Of a stretch of 64,000 nucleotides of DNA, positions 1 to 11,700 are shown piece after piece. The notes under the pieces were generated by a model that was not told the DNA's origin, did not search any database, and saw only the letters and a program-made list of their open reading frames with translations. The DNA is from Anaeramoeba ignava BMAN (Eukaryota; Protista; Anaeramoebae): contig JAPDFW010000056.1 in NCBI GenBank assembly GCA_028826165.1, forward strand, positions 186,001-250,000. The letters are read 5' to 3'. The translations under genes and the position numbers were made by a program. Position 1 is the first letter of the stretch, and the number at the start of each line of letters is the position of its first letter.

Positions 1-440
1 TTTTGATTTTTGATTTTTGATTTTTGATTTTTGATTTTTGATTTTTGATTTTTGATTTTTGATTTTTGATTTTTGATTTTTGATTTTTGATTTTTGATTT
101 TTGATTTTTGATTTTTGATTTTTGATTTCGAATTAGATTTTGTTGATGTTGAATTTGTTGATGTTGAATTGGATTCTGTTGATGTTGAATGTTTTGATTT
201 TGATTTTGATTTTGTTGATGTTGAATTTGTTGATGCTGATTTTATTGATTTTGTTGATGTTGAATTGGATTCTGTTGATTTTGATTTTGATTTTGATTTT
301 GATTTTGATTTTGATTTTGATTTTGATTTTGATTTTGATTTTAATATCATGTGAATTTGCGGAATTTTTTGATATGTCTCTTCATCTGTGTGAATTAAAA
401 GTTGTGAATTTGTTTCTATTTCTTTTTGACTTCCCATCAT
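1..440 (-). CDS. 5' part of an uncharacterised Ser/Thr/Lys-rich low-complexity protein (runs off the window start)
   Basis: Minus-strand ATG at 440 opens MMGSQKEIETNSQLLIHTDEETYQKIPQIHMILKSKSKS...STSTNSTSTK with no stop before base 1. A TCATTT Inr-like motif lies just upstream. Confidence 0.5.
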   Translation of the reverse strand, partial: MMGSQKEIETNSQLLIHTDEETYQKIPQIHMILKSKSKSKSKSKSKSKSKSKSKSTESNSTSTKSIKSASTNSTSTKSKSKSKHSTSTESNSTSTNSTSTKSNSKSKIKNQKSKIKNQKSKIKNQKSKIKNQKSKIKNQKSKIKNQ

Positions 441-564
441 CACAACAAAAAAATGAAAATAATGAAAATAAAAATATTTTTGTTTTTTTTGGAAATTAAA
501 TTTATATAAAAAATAAGAATAAATTTAAATTAATAATTAATTTAATTTTCTTTTTTATTTATTA

Positions 565-1156
565 TTTTAAATTAATTTATAAATTAAATATTAATTTAAA
601 TCTATTCTTATTTTTTATATTTATATGTTAAATATTTAAATAATAAAATACTTAAATCTAAAACAATAAATTATTATTTTAATAATAGAATTAAATACTA
701 AATTATATTTTTAAATTAATTTATAAATTGAATATTAATTTAAATCTATTTTCATTTTTTATATTTATATGTTTAATATTTAAATAATAAAATATTTAAA
801 TCTAAAACAATAAATTATTATTTTAATAATAAAATTAAATACTAAATTATATTTTTAAATTTAATTTATTTAAATTAAATATAAAATTTAAATTAAATTA
901 TATTTTCATTTTTCATTTTTATATTTTAATTTTTATATTTATATGTTAAATATTTAAATAATAAAATATTTAAATATAAAACAATAAATTAATATTTTAA
1001 TAATAAAATTAAATACTAAATTATATTTTTAAATTAATTTATAAATTAAATATTAAATTAAATCTATTCCCATTTTTATATTTATATGTTAAATATTTAA
1101 ATAATAAAATATTTAAATCTAAAACATTAAATTATTATTTTAATAATAAAATTAAA
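565..1156. repeat. ~144-bp AT-rich tandem satellite, left array (~4 units)
   Basis: The unit marker TCTATT(C/T)..ATTTTT(T)ATATTTATATGT recurs at 601, 745 and 1063, with a variant near 900. Confidence 0.85.
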
Positions 1157-1292
1157 ATTAAAATTAAAATTAAAATTAAAATTAAAATGTTTCAAATGGA
1201 TTTGTCTCTTATTTATTGATTTGAAAAATTTCATTTGATTGAAAGTAAATGAAAATTAAAAAAAGTTTGATTTTCTTATTATTAATTAATTT

Positions 1293-2776
1293 TTAAATGA
1301 AATATGTTTCAACTTCATCAACAACCCATGAATTATGAGAACCAGCTAAATAGCTTTTACCAGAATCTGTACCAAAAGTAATTCCATCAGGTGGGTTGTA
1401 AACCCAACCAATATTTGAATGACCACCTCTTAAATCATATTTTAAATAGAAATCTGGATGTCCACTTCCAAACAATGGGCCATAATTAATGTAAGAATGT
1501 ATTGCCAAATGTTCTTTTCCTTGTTGAATAGGAAACTTGTGTGGTTTTCTATCCCCTTGACTATTTCTTAATGAAAAAATAAAAGCATTGGGATCATTAA
1601 TATCTCCTCCTTCTTTGGGTGAATGAACTTTAATCCATTTTGATTTATCATTTGTAAATCCAACTTGAGTAAAACCTCCAAAAATAAAATTATCTTTTGT
1701 TTTGATAATAACTAATGTTTTTTCTTTATCATCAACTGCTTTATGCCAAGTTTTAGAATCAAATCCATCTCTTTTTGCTGAAAATCCTTTTTTCATTTTA
1801 GAAAAAAAATCATTATCATTTATCCATCCTTGTACTTTCTTAACATACTTAAAATCTTGAATGATTGTTGAATCTAATTTAAATCTTGATTTGAAAATGA
1901 ATGAATTTTCTTTTTCAATTAATTCTTTGAATACTTTTTCATTTTTTTGAGATAATAAAAAATGAGTTAATTTTATAAACATTTCATTTGGAATTAAATC
2001 TTCTTTCAAAGTATCTTTAAGTTCTTGTTTTGTAAAATCAATAAATCTGATTTTTTCAATAATATTGGAAATTTGATTTTGTAATTTTTCTTTTTCTTCT
2101 TTTTCTTCTTTTTCAAGTTCTTTTTCTTGATTAATATTTGATTTATGTTTTCCCCATTTTATTATTGATTGAAAAAGTTCAAATTCATTTATTGTAAGTT
2201 CATCATTTGATAAAATTGAATTTAAATGATTTTCTTCAAGTTCAAGAAAAAATGAAGTTTTGATAAATTTATCAAAATTTCCAAAAATAAATTGATAGCA
2301 AGATTCCAATAATTGATTTAAGCTCATTGTTTCAGATAATTTAAGAACATCAACAATAGTTTCAAATTGTAAATTCTTTTTGATAAAATTTAAACAAATT
2401 TCAATTAATTCATCAATTAAATATTTTGATGAAAAAATTAAAATTTGAATTGCATTTTCTAAATTAATTTCAATTTTTCCTGAATAAAAATAATTCAAAA
2501 TTAAAGATAGAATTGAACTTTTTCTAAAACATCATTTTTATTTTGAATCATTTTATTTTTCCATTTTGATATTTTGTTTTTCATTTTGGATTTGAAAAGA
2601 GATTTAAAATATTGACTTCTTGAAGAAAGAATTGATTTATGAGTTTTAAATGAAGTTTTGTTTTGTTCACAAATTATTTCAAAATCAAAATAACTTTCTT
2701 CTTCTTTTTCATTTTGATTTTGAAATAGATTTTTTAAATCATTTGAAAGTTTTTCTAAATCTGAATAATTTTCCAT
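1293..2776 (-). CDS. BTB/POZ-BACK-TLDc domain protein, intronless, with a reading-frame break near 2500-2575 (pseudogene or assembly error)
   Basis: BTB start (FDFEIIC...FKTHKSILSSRSQYFKSLF) in ORF 2501-2776. BTB end and BACK (NYFYSGKI, L.INEFELFQSIIKW, IRF) and TLDc (FSAKRDGFDSKTWH, TLVIIKT..NFIFGGFT, DPNAFIFSL, YGPLFG, VDEVETY) in ORF 1293-2498. Confidence 0.85.
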
Positions 2777-2858
2777 TTTATTAAAAATTTGGAAAGAAAA
2801 AAAATGAAAAAAAAATGATTAAAAAAAAAGGAAAAAAGGAAAAAAATGAGGATAAATT

Positions 2859-3528
2859 TAAATTATTATTTTAATAATAAAATTAAATATTAAAATATAT
2901 TTTTAAATTAATTTATAAATTAAATATTAAATTAAATCTATTCTTATTTTTTATATTTTTATGTTAAATATTTAAATAATAAAATATTTAAATTTAAAAC
3001 AATAAATTAATATTTTAAACATAAAATTAAATATTAAATTATATTTTTAAATTAATTTATAAATCAAATATTAAATCAAATCTATTCCTATTTTTTATAT
3101 TTATATGTTAAATATTTAAATAATAAAATATTTAAATCTAAAAACAATAAATTATTATTTTAATAACAAAATTAAATATTAAATTATATTTTTAAATTAA
3201 TTTATAAATTAAATATTAAATTAAATCCATTTCCATTTTTCATTTTTATATGTTAAATATTTAAATAATAAAATATTTAAATCTAAAACAATAAATTAAT
3301 ATTTTAATAATAAAATTAAATATTAAATTATATTTTTAAATTAATTTATAAATTAAATATTAAATTAAATCTATTCTTATTTTTTATATTTATATGTTAA
3401 ATATTTTAATAATAAAATACTTAAATCTAAAACAATAAATTAATATTTTAAACATAAAATTAAATATTAAATTATATTTTTAAATTAATTTATAAATTAA
3501 GTATTAAATTAAACTTATTCTTATTTTT
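2859..3528. repeat. ~144-bp AT-rich tandem satellite, right array (~4.7 units), same unit and orientation as the left array
   Basis: Unit marker at 2937, 3081, 3226, 3370 and ~3514, spaced 144-145 bp apart. Confidence 0.9.
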
Positions 3529-3650
3529 AATGTTTTTCTTTCAAAAATAAAAAAATAAAAGAAAAATAAAAATAAAAAAATTGATTTGATGTTGAATTGG
3601 TGTTGGGATTTTATCTTATTAAAAAAAAAAATAAAAGAAAATTGAAAGAA

Positions 3651-4934
3651 TTAGTTCTTGAAAGCTTGAACGCCGAAATCGCCATCAGCTCCGATCACGG
3701 GAAGAATAGTTTTCCAATCCAGAAGATCGCCTTTTTTCATTGGGAAAGGATAACGGCACATATCGAATTTGGGGCGCATTTTAGGGAGTTTAGCGTAAGA
3801 ATCATAAGTGTCCTTATAACCGACCAAATGGAATTCCTTCAAGCCTAGGACTTCACGGGATTGCATCAAGTCGCTCTCGTCGACGAAGTTGCCAGCACAG
3901 ATGTCAACGAACTCATCAGCAGTCCATTTATCGAACCAGTCCTTTTCGAGCAGGGCCAAAGCTTTAGGGATTTCGTGGACGTTTCCTTCAGTATCGAACT
4001 CGAGATCGTCCTCGAAGTTCTGAGCGTTAGCGGTGCCAGTGCCAGCGCCGAAATTCAAGTCAGCGCGGCGGTTGAACCAGAACTTGTTGTTGTTGAGAAC
4101 GAGAGATCCTTCTTTTGGATTGAATTTTGTTGTAACGCCGCCGCCGTGATTGAATGCGAGGACATTGTTTTCGATGACGTATTTGGCGGTTTTTTCGTCT
4201 CTTGGGTCAGTTGAGAGAGCTCTTCCTTCGGTTGTTTTTAAAGAATGACCGAAAAGCACCGTGTTGTTCTTAATTGTGATTGTTGGTTTTCCCCAGCCTC
4301 CTCCAGGGATAGCCTCGATTGCGCGGCCTTGGGATGAGAGGATGAAGTTGTTCTCGATCAAGCTGTCTCCGCCGCATTTGACGTAGATGCCCCACCAAGC
4401 GTTGTTTATAAGGATGCAATTGCGAACGGTATTTTCGCCTCTGTTCAAGATCTCAATTGTGGGACATGAACCGGAAGATTTTCTGTTGAGCTGGCCGTAA
4501 CCCCAGGCGGTGTTGTCTTGGAGACCCTCGATTTTGTTGTTTGGACCTGGCGGACCTGCGCCGTAGTAGTAGTTGTTTTGACCTCGATCGATGCAGAATC
4601 CATCAACAATAACTTTGCCTGCTTTTGCCGGTTCAATTTTGATACTCCAATCCGTTTTTCCTTGTGTGTCGGGTTTGGGTCCGATGATTGTTAAGTGCTC
4701 GAATGGGTTTCTTGCTGAAAAGTCGGTTGTGTAGCCTCCGATAATGCTTATTGCTTGGGTTATTTTGGGCATAACTCCGCTTGATGTTTGTCCTGGATAT
4801 CTTCCTTCTGCTACGTGAACTGTATCTCCTGCTTGTGCTTTGTTTAGTGCTTTCCACAGAAATTTGAATGGTTTATCTTTTTGTCCGTTGCCGGAATTTG
4901 TTCCTGTTGAAAATGAAACGTAAAGGTCTGTCAT
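3651..4934 (-). CDS. Right-handed parallel beta-helix (pectin lyase-like / DUF1565-type) protein, 427 aa, intronless, bacterial-like
   Basis: N-terminus LYVS..TG.NSGNG.K.KPFK.L.KAL..AQAGDTVHVAEG.Y is typical of DUF1565-type proteins. Beta-helix rungs include TVRNCILINN, LIENNFI, TIKNNTV and VIENNVL. GC content is markedly higher than the flanks. Confidence 0.8.
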   Translation of the reverse strand: MTDLYVSFSTGTNSGNGQKDKPFKFLWKALNKAQAGDTVHVAEGRYPGQTSSGVMPKITQAISIIGGYTTDFSARNPFEHLTIIGPKPDTQGKTDWSIKIEPAKAGKVIVDGFCIDRGQNNYYYGAGPPGPNNKIEGLQDNTAWGYGQLNRKSSGSCPTIEILNRGENTVRNCILINNAWWGIYVKCGGDSLIENNFILSSQGRAIEAIPGGGWGKPTITIKNNTVLFGHSLKTTEGRALSTDPRDEKTAKYVIENNVLAFNHGGGVTTKFNPKEGSLVLNNNKFWFNRRADLNFGAGTGTANAQNFEDDLEFDTEGNVHEIPKALALLEKDWFDKWTADEFVDICAGNFVDESDLMQSREVLGLKEFHLVGYKDTYDSYAKLPKMRPKFDMCRYPFPMKKGDLLDWKTILPVIGADGDFGVQAFKN

Positions 4935-5748
4935 CTTATGTGTATTTTTGGATTTATTTTATTAAATTTAATTAAATTAAATTAAATTAAATTAAATTAA
5001 AAATTTATATAAAAGATTTAATAAAAAAAGATTCGAAAAGCGAATAATTATTATTTATTATTTATTATTTTATAATTTTATAATTTTTGCTTTTTTTGTT
5101 TTAATAAAATATAAAATATTGTAAACAATATTTGGATTGTGTGTTTTTTATCTATTTTTAGATTTATCATTTATTTTTATTTTTATTATTTTATTAATAA
5201 AGTATTACTTGAATTGAGAGTTAAAATGAAAGAATGATTTTTTTTTATTGATCTTAAAAAATTTTTTGTTTAAAAAGTTGAAGATTTCATTTTTTGCCTT
5301 CTCTCAAAAATTGTTTTTATTTTTTATTTTTTAAATTGATTTTAATGGTTATTTTATTAATTTTACATTTAAGATTTCGAATTTTTTTTTGGCAAATAAA
5401 AATCAAATTGAAAAAAAAAAGGAATTTTGTTTTATTAATTTTTTGATTATGAAATGAACATAAAAGAAACGTGGATAAATTGGGGGATTTGATTAGAATT
5501 ATTTTTTCTTTTAAAATATTTGGAAATATCTTTTTTTTTCATCAAATTTTTTGATCAAAAACTGGTAAAAATGAATTAGAAAAAAATAAAAAAATTTAAA
5601 ATGAGTAATTAATTTATTTAAATGATTAATTATTTGAATAAATAAAATAAAAGAGGAAAAATAAATAATAAAATTCTCCTTTTTAATTAAATTTTTTTTT
5701 AATTAATTTTTTTTCATTTTTTTTCTCTTTCTTTCTTTAATTTAATAA

Positions 5749-8700
5749 ATGCATCATAATACAAGAAGAGTTTTAAATTCAGGAGATGAACTTTTAAAAT
5801 TACAAGAAATTTTAAAAAGAGAAAAGTATTGTCTTGAAGCAGGTATATTTATTAATCCAATTATAAATAAATTATAAATAATTTCACAAATAATTTCACA
5901 AATAATTTTACAAATAATTTTATAAATAATTTTATAAATAATTTTATAAATAATTTTATTAATAATTTTATAAATAATTTTATTAATAATTTTATAAATA
6001 ATTTTATAAATAATTTTATAAATAATTTTATATTTAATTTTTATTAATAATTTTATAATTAATTTTATATATAATTTTATATATAATTTTATAAATAATT
6101 TTATAAATAATTTTATAAATAATTTTATAAATAATTTTATTAATAATTTTATAAATAATTTTATAAATAATTTAATAAATAATTTTATAAATAATTTAAT
6201 AAATAATTTTATAAATAATTTAATAAATAATTTTATATATAATTTTATAAATAATTTTTGTAAATAATTATATAAATAATTTTATAAATAATTTTATAAA
6301 TAATTTAATAAATAATTTTATAAATAATTTTATAAATAATTTTATAAATAATTTTATTAATAATTTAATAAATAATTTTATAAATAATTTTATAAATAAT
6401 TTAATAAATAATTTTATAAATAATTTAATAAATAATTTTATAAATAATTTCACAAATAATTTTATAAATAAATTATAAATAATTTCACAAATAATTTTAT
6501 AAATAAATTATAAATAATTTTACAAATAATTTTATAAATAATTTTACAAATAATTTTATAAATAATTTCACAAATAATTTTGTAAATAATTTAATAAATA
6601 ATTTTATAAATAATTTTATAAATAATTTTACAAATAATTTTATAATTAATTTTATAAATAATTTTATAAATAATTTTATAAATAATTTTATATTTAATTT
6701 TATAAATAATTTTATAAAATAATTTTATAAATAATTTTATATTTAATTTTATATTTAATTTAATAATTAATTTTATAAATAATTTTATTAATAATTTTAT
6801 ATTTAGTTTTATAAATAATTTTATAAATAATTTTATAAATAATTTTATAAATAATTTTATAAATATTTTTATAAATAATTTTATAAATAATTTTATAAAT
6901 AATTTTTATAAATAATTTTATAAATAATTTTATAAATAATTTTATATTTAATTTTATAATTAATTTAATAATTAATTTTATAAATAATTTTATAAATAAT
7001 TTTTATAAATAATTTTATAAATAATTTTATAAATAATTTTATAAATAATTTTATAAATAATTTTATATTTAATTTTATAAATAATTTTATAAATAATTTT
7101 ATAAATAATTTTATATTTAATTTTTATATTTAATTTAATAATTAATTTTATTTAATAATAATTTTATAAATAATTTTATAAATAATTTTATAAATAATTT
7201 TATATTTAATTTTATATTTTTTTTATAAATAATTTTATATTTAATTTAAATAATTTTATAAATTAATTTTAAATAATTTTATAAATAATTTTATAAAATA
7301 ATTTTATAATTAATTTTATAAATAATTTTATATATAATTTTATAAATAATTTTATATATAATTTTATATATAATTTTATATATAATTTTATATATAATTT
7401 TATATATAATTTTTATATAATTTTATAAATAATTTTATAAATAATTTTATAAATAATTTTATTAATAATTTTATATATAATTTTATAAATAATTTTATAT
7501 ATATAATTTTATAAATAATTTTATAAATAATTTTATTAATAATTTTATAAATAATTTTTATATATAATTTTATTAATAATTTTATAAATAATTTTATAAA
7601 TAATTTTATAAATAATTTTATTAATAATTTTATAAATAATTTTTATAAATAATTTTATATATATTTTTATATTTAATTTTATATTTAATTTTATAAATAA
7701 TTTTATAAATAATTTTTTATTAATAATTTTATAAATAATTTTATATTTAATTTTGTAAAAATAATTTTATAAATAAATTTATTTACAAATTTTATAAATA
7801 ATTTTATAAATAATTTTATTAATAATTTTTTATTAATAATTTAATAAATAATTTTATAATTAATTTTATAAATAATTTTATTAATAATTTTTATTAATAA
7901 TTTTATAATTAATTTTATAATTAATTTTATAAATAATTTTATAAATAATTTTATAATTAATTTTATAAGTAATTTTATAAATAATTTTATAAATAATTTT
8001 TATAAATAATTTTATAAATAATTTTATAAATAATTTTATAAATAATTTTATAAATAATTTTATAAATAATTTTATAAATAATTTTATAATTAATTTAATA
8101 TATAATTTTATAAATAATTTTATAAATAATTTTATAAATAATTTTATAAATAATTTTATAAATAATTTTATAAATAATTTTATAAATAATTTTATAAATA
8201 ATTTTATATTTAATTTTATAAATAAATATATAATTAATTTTATAATTAATTTTATAAATAATTTTTATAATTAATTTTATAATTAATTTTATAAATAATT
8301 TTATAAATAATTTAATAAAATAATTTTATATTTAATTTTATATTTAATTTTATATTTAATTTTTATATATAATTTTATAAATAATTTTATATTTAATTTT
8401 ATAAATAATTTTATAAATAATTTCACAAATAATTTAATATTTAATTTTTATAAATAATTTTATAAATAATTTTATAAATAATTTAATAAATAATTTTATA
8501 AATAATTTAATAAATAATTTTATAAATAATTTTACAAATAATTTTTTATAAATAATTTTATATTTAATTTTATAAATAATTTTATAAATAATTTTATAAA
8601 TAATTTAATAAATAATTTTATAAATAATTTAATAAATAATTTTATAAATAATTTTATTAATAATTTAATAAATAATTTTATAAATAATTTTATTAATAAT

Positions 8701-11700
8701 TTTATAAATAATTTTATAAATAATTTAATAAATAATTTTATAATTAATTTTATAATTAATTTTATAATTAATTTTATAAATAATTTTATAAATAATTTAA
8801 TAAATAATTTTATAAATAATTTTATTAATAATTTTTAATAAATAAAATATATAAATAATTTAATAAATAATTTTATAAATAATTTTTATAAATAATTTAA
8901 TAAATAAATATATAAATAATTTTATTAATAATTTTATAAATAATTTTATATTTAATTTTATAAATAAATTTATTTACAAATTTATAAATAATTTTATAAA
9001 TAATTTTATATATAATTTTATAAATAATTTTATAAATAATTTAATAAATAATTTTATAATTAATTTTATATTTAATTTTATAAATAATTTTATAATTAAT
9101 TTTATATTTAATTTTATAAATAATTTTATAAATAATTCAATATTTAATTTTATAAATAATTTTATAAATAATTCAATATTTAATTTTATAAATAATTTTA
9201 TAAATAATTTTATTAATAATTTTATAAATAATTTTATAATTAATTTTATAATAAAGAACAAAACGCTCTTGAAACAATAAGACAACAATCAGAAAAATTA
9301 TTAGAAGATTTACAAAGTGGTGTCGTAGAATTAATAAATATGTCAAGATTAATGGAAACATTATCAGTTGGAAACATAGAATATAAATTAAAAAGAGAAG
9401 AAAAAATAACACAAAATTGGAAAGTTCAAATTTATGATCCTTTTGAATCACCACTTTCAAGTGTTCAAAAAGGAGTAAAATTTTTTTATCATTTAGAAGA
9501 AGAAAAACATTTTTTTTATATTAAATTCATTCTGATTGGGTTTATAAATGATTAGAAATATCAAAAAATGATGCAAATGATTCGAGAAAATTTAGATGTT
9601 TTAGCTTTATCAATGTCGGATACTAGAAATTTAAATAGAACATGCACAGAAACACTTTCTCATTCAGCCATTTTTGCAGTTTTTGGTCATCTCTTTTCTT
9701 TTAATGAAGAAATGAATCTTTTGAAACTTTTAAAAGTAAAGGAAAAAAAATCCAAATTGAAAAAAACAATTCAAATTGAAAAGAAAAATATATATATTAT
9801 TTGCTCTTTAGAAATTGATCGAATTGCAAATTCAACAAAATCCAAATGTTAAAGAATTATTAACAGGAAATAAATTATTAGCAAGATTATTATCCGCTTA
9901 TTCAAAAACTGGGAGATCAAATGCATATTTAATTTCAAGTCTTAGATCACCAATGTTAGATGTGATTCAAGATTTAAATCTTGATTTAGTAAAAACATTT
10001 AAAAACATTTAAAAAAATTTAAAAAATTAAAAATTGAAAAAAATTAAATTTAATAGCTTTCTGCAACTACAAATAAACAAATTGATAAAGATGGAGTTAG
10101 TAAGTTAATTAATTCTTTTTTTTGATGTAAAAATAATTTAATAACTGAAATGAATATAAATCTTTTTTTAAAGTGACTCGTCGATTGATTTTTTATGCAA
10201 AAGAATTTCTTGGATCTTTACATGATAAAATCAAATTAATACCTTATGGAATTAGATGGATTTGCAAGTTCATAAGTGAAATTTGCAAACAAAATAAACT
10301 TGAAAAAGATATGGTACATGTTGTTGGCGATTTTTTCTTTTTAAAATATGTTAATCCAGTTATATTAAGTCCAGGGTATTTTAATAATATTTGAATTTAT
10401 ATATCAAAATGAAAAAAAAATTTTATATAAAAACAAAACAATTTTGGAAAAATAGTTTGTTATTTTTTAAACAGAAAGAAAGAATTTTTAGAAAGTAAAT
10501 TTAAATTATTTTATTTAAATTAAAATTAAATTAAATTAAATTAAATTAGAACGTTATGGAGTAGTTTCTGATGTTCCAATTTTAAAAAAATCTAGATTCA
10601 ATCTTACACAAGTAAAAAATCAAAGCAAAACAAAAATAATTTGTAATTGATTTCTAAATAAATATAAATAAATCTAAATAAAATAGATTGCCAAAATATT
10701 ATTAAGTCTTTGTCATGGAACTTCAAGTTTGAGAACATCTGATGCAATGTTTGGAAATAAAATTGATGAATTTGATATTAATATGAAGTCTTTTATAAAT
10801 GATCTTATTAATGTTCCTGAAAAAATTGTTTCAGATACTGTATATATATAAATTTATATTTTAGATATTTAAAATATTTATATTTATATTTTTTTCAAAT
10901 TTCTTAATCTTCAAAAGACTCAAGATAATTTCATTTTGGAAAGTTTTCCAAATGCAAAGAATTCTTTAGTGACTCCAAATGATCTTTATGCTTTGCATTC
11001 TCTTCTTTATGAATTTGCAACAATGGTTCTTCCTGAAAAGCAAAATGTAAACGAAATTCTGCAAAATCCTTTAATTCAATTTATGATTTCGTTTGGAAAA
11101 CCACCTGATTTTATCACAGAAACAGAAATGAAATATTTACCAATATCTTTAGGAACAAAACCAAAAACAACTGAAAAAAAGAAAGTTGTTCAAGAAAGCA
11201 AATCCTTTTCTCAAAGAAGAAAAACTTTTGGAATATCTGAATTAGGGGGTGAAACTAAATTTTCAAGAAGTAAACCAGTCATTTAAATCTGAATATTTTA
11301 ATATTTAAATTTTAATATTTTAATATTTAAATTTTTTAAAAGGAAAAACAACAAATTTACATTCATTTCAAGCAGCATTTCCTTCACAAAATGATGATAT
11401 AATGAACGAAGCAGAAAGAAAACTTCGTCAAGTTTTATGCAAAATTGATTATTTTGTTGGAAAAAAAGGAAAAAGTTTCATTGATATCCTTCTTGAAGAA
11501 AAAGAAGTATTTGAAAAAGAATTTAAATTGAAATTGAAATTAAAATTCATTTTGAAAATTAAAATTAAAATTAAAATTAAAATTAAAATTCAAATTAAAA
11601 TTCAAATTAAAATTCATTTTGAAAATTGAAATTCATTTTGAAAATTAAAATTAAAATTAAAATTAAAATTATAATTATAATTCAAATTATAATTATAATT

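Larger units (their letters stand above)
509..3528. mobile_element. Putative non-autonomous element with terminal inverted repeats, satellite arms and a BTB-TLDc cargo gene
   Basis: 509-544 matches the reverse complement of 3493-3528 at 33/36 positions. 144-bp arrays lie on both sides of the gene. No transposase and no clear outer target-site duplication. Confidence 0.35.

Noticed and set aside
1-120. (TTTTTGA)n as a telomeric repeat
   Set aside because: It grades directly into similar TTTTGA low-complexity sequence of the adjacent minus-strand ORF. Nothing indicates a chromosome end.
565-3528. CRISPR-like array interpretation of the regularly spaced repeats
   Set aside because: Units are contiguous ~144-bp tandem copies without unique spacers. 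The context is eukaryotic and no cas genes are present.
3597-4857. Short ORFs overlapping the beta-helix gene
   Set aside because: By-products of the higher GC content on the antisense strand and alternative frames; no recognisable motifs.
10370-10552. Apparent non-canonical GG donor in a GAPVD1 intron (CCAG|GGTATT is needed to keep P-E-RYG in frame)
   Set aside because: One extra G in a GGG run explains it. It cannot be distinguished from a homopolymer error without reads.
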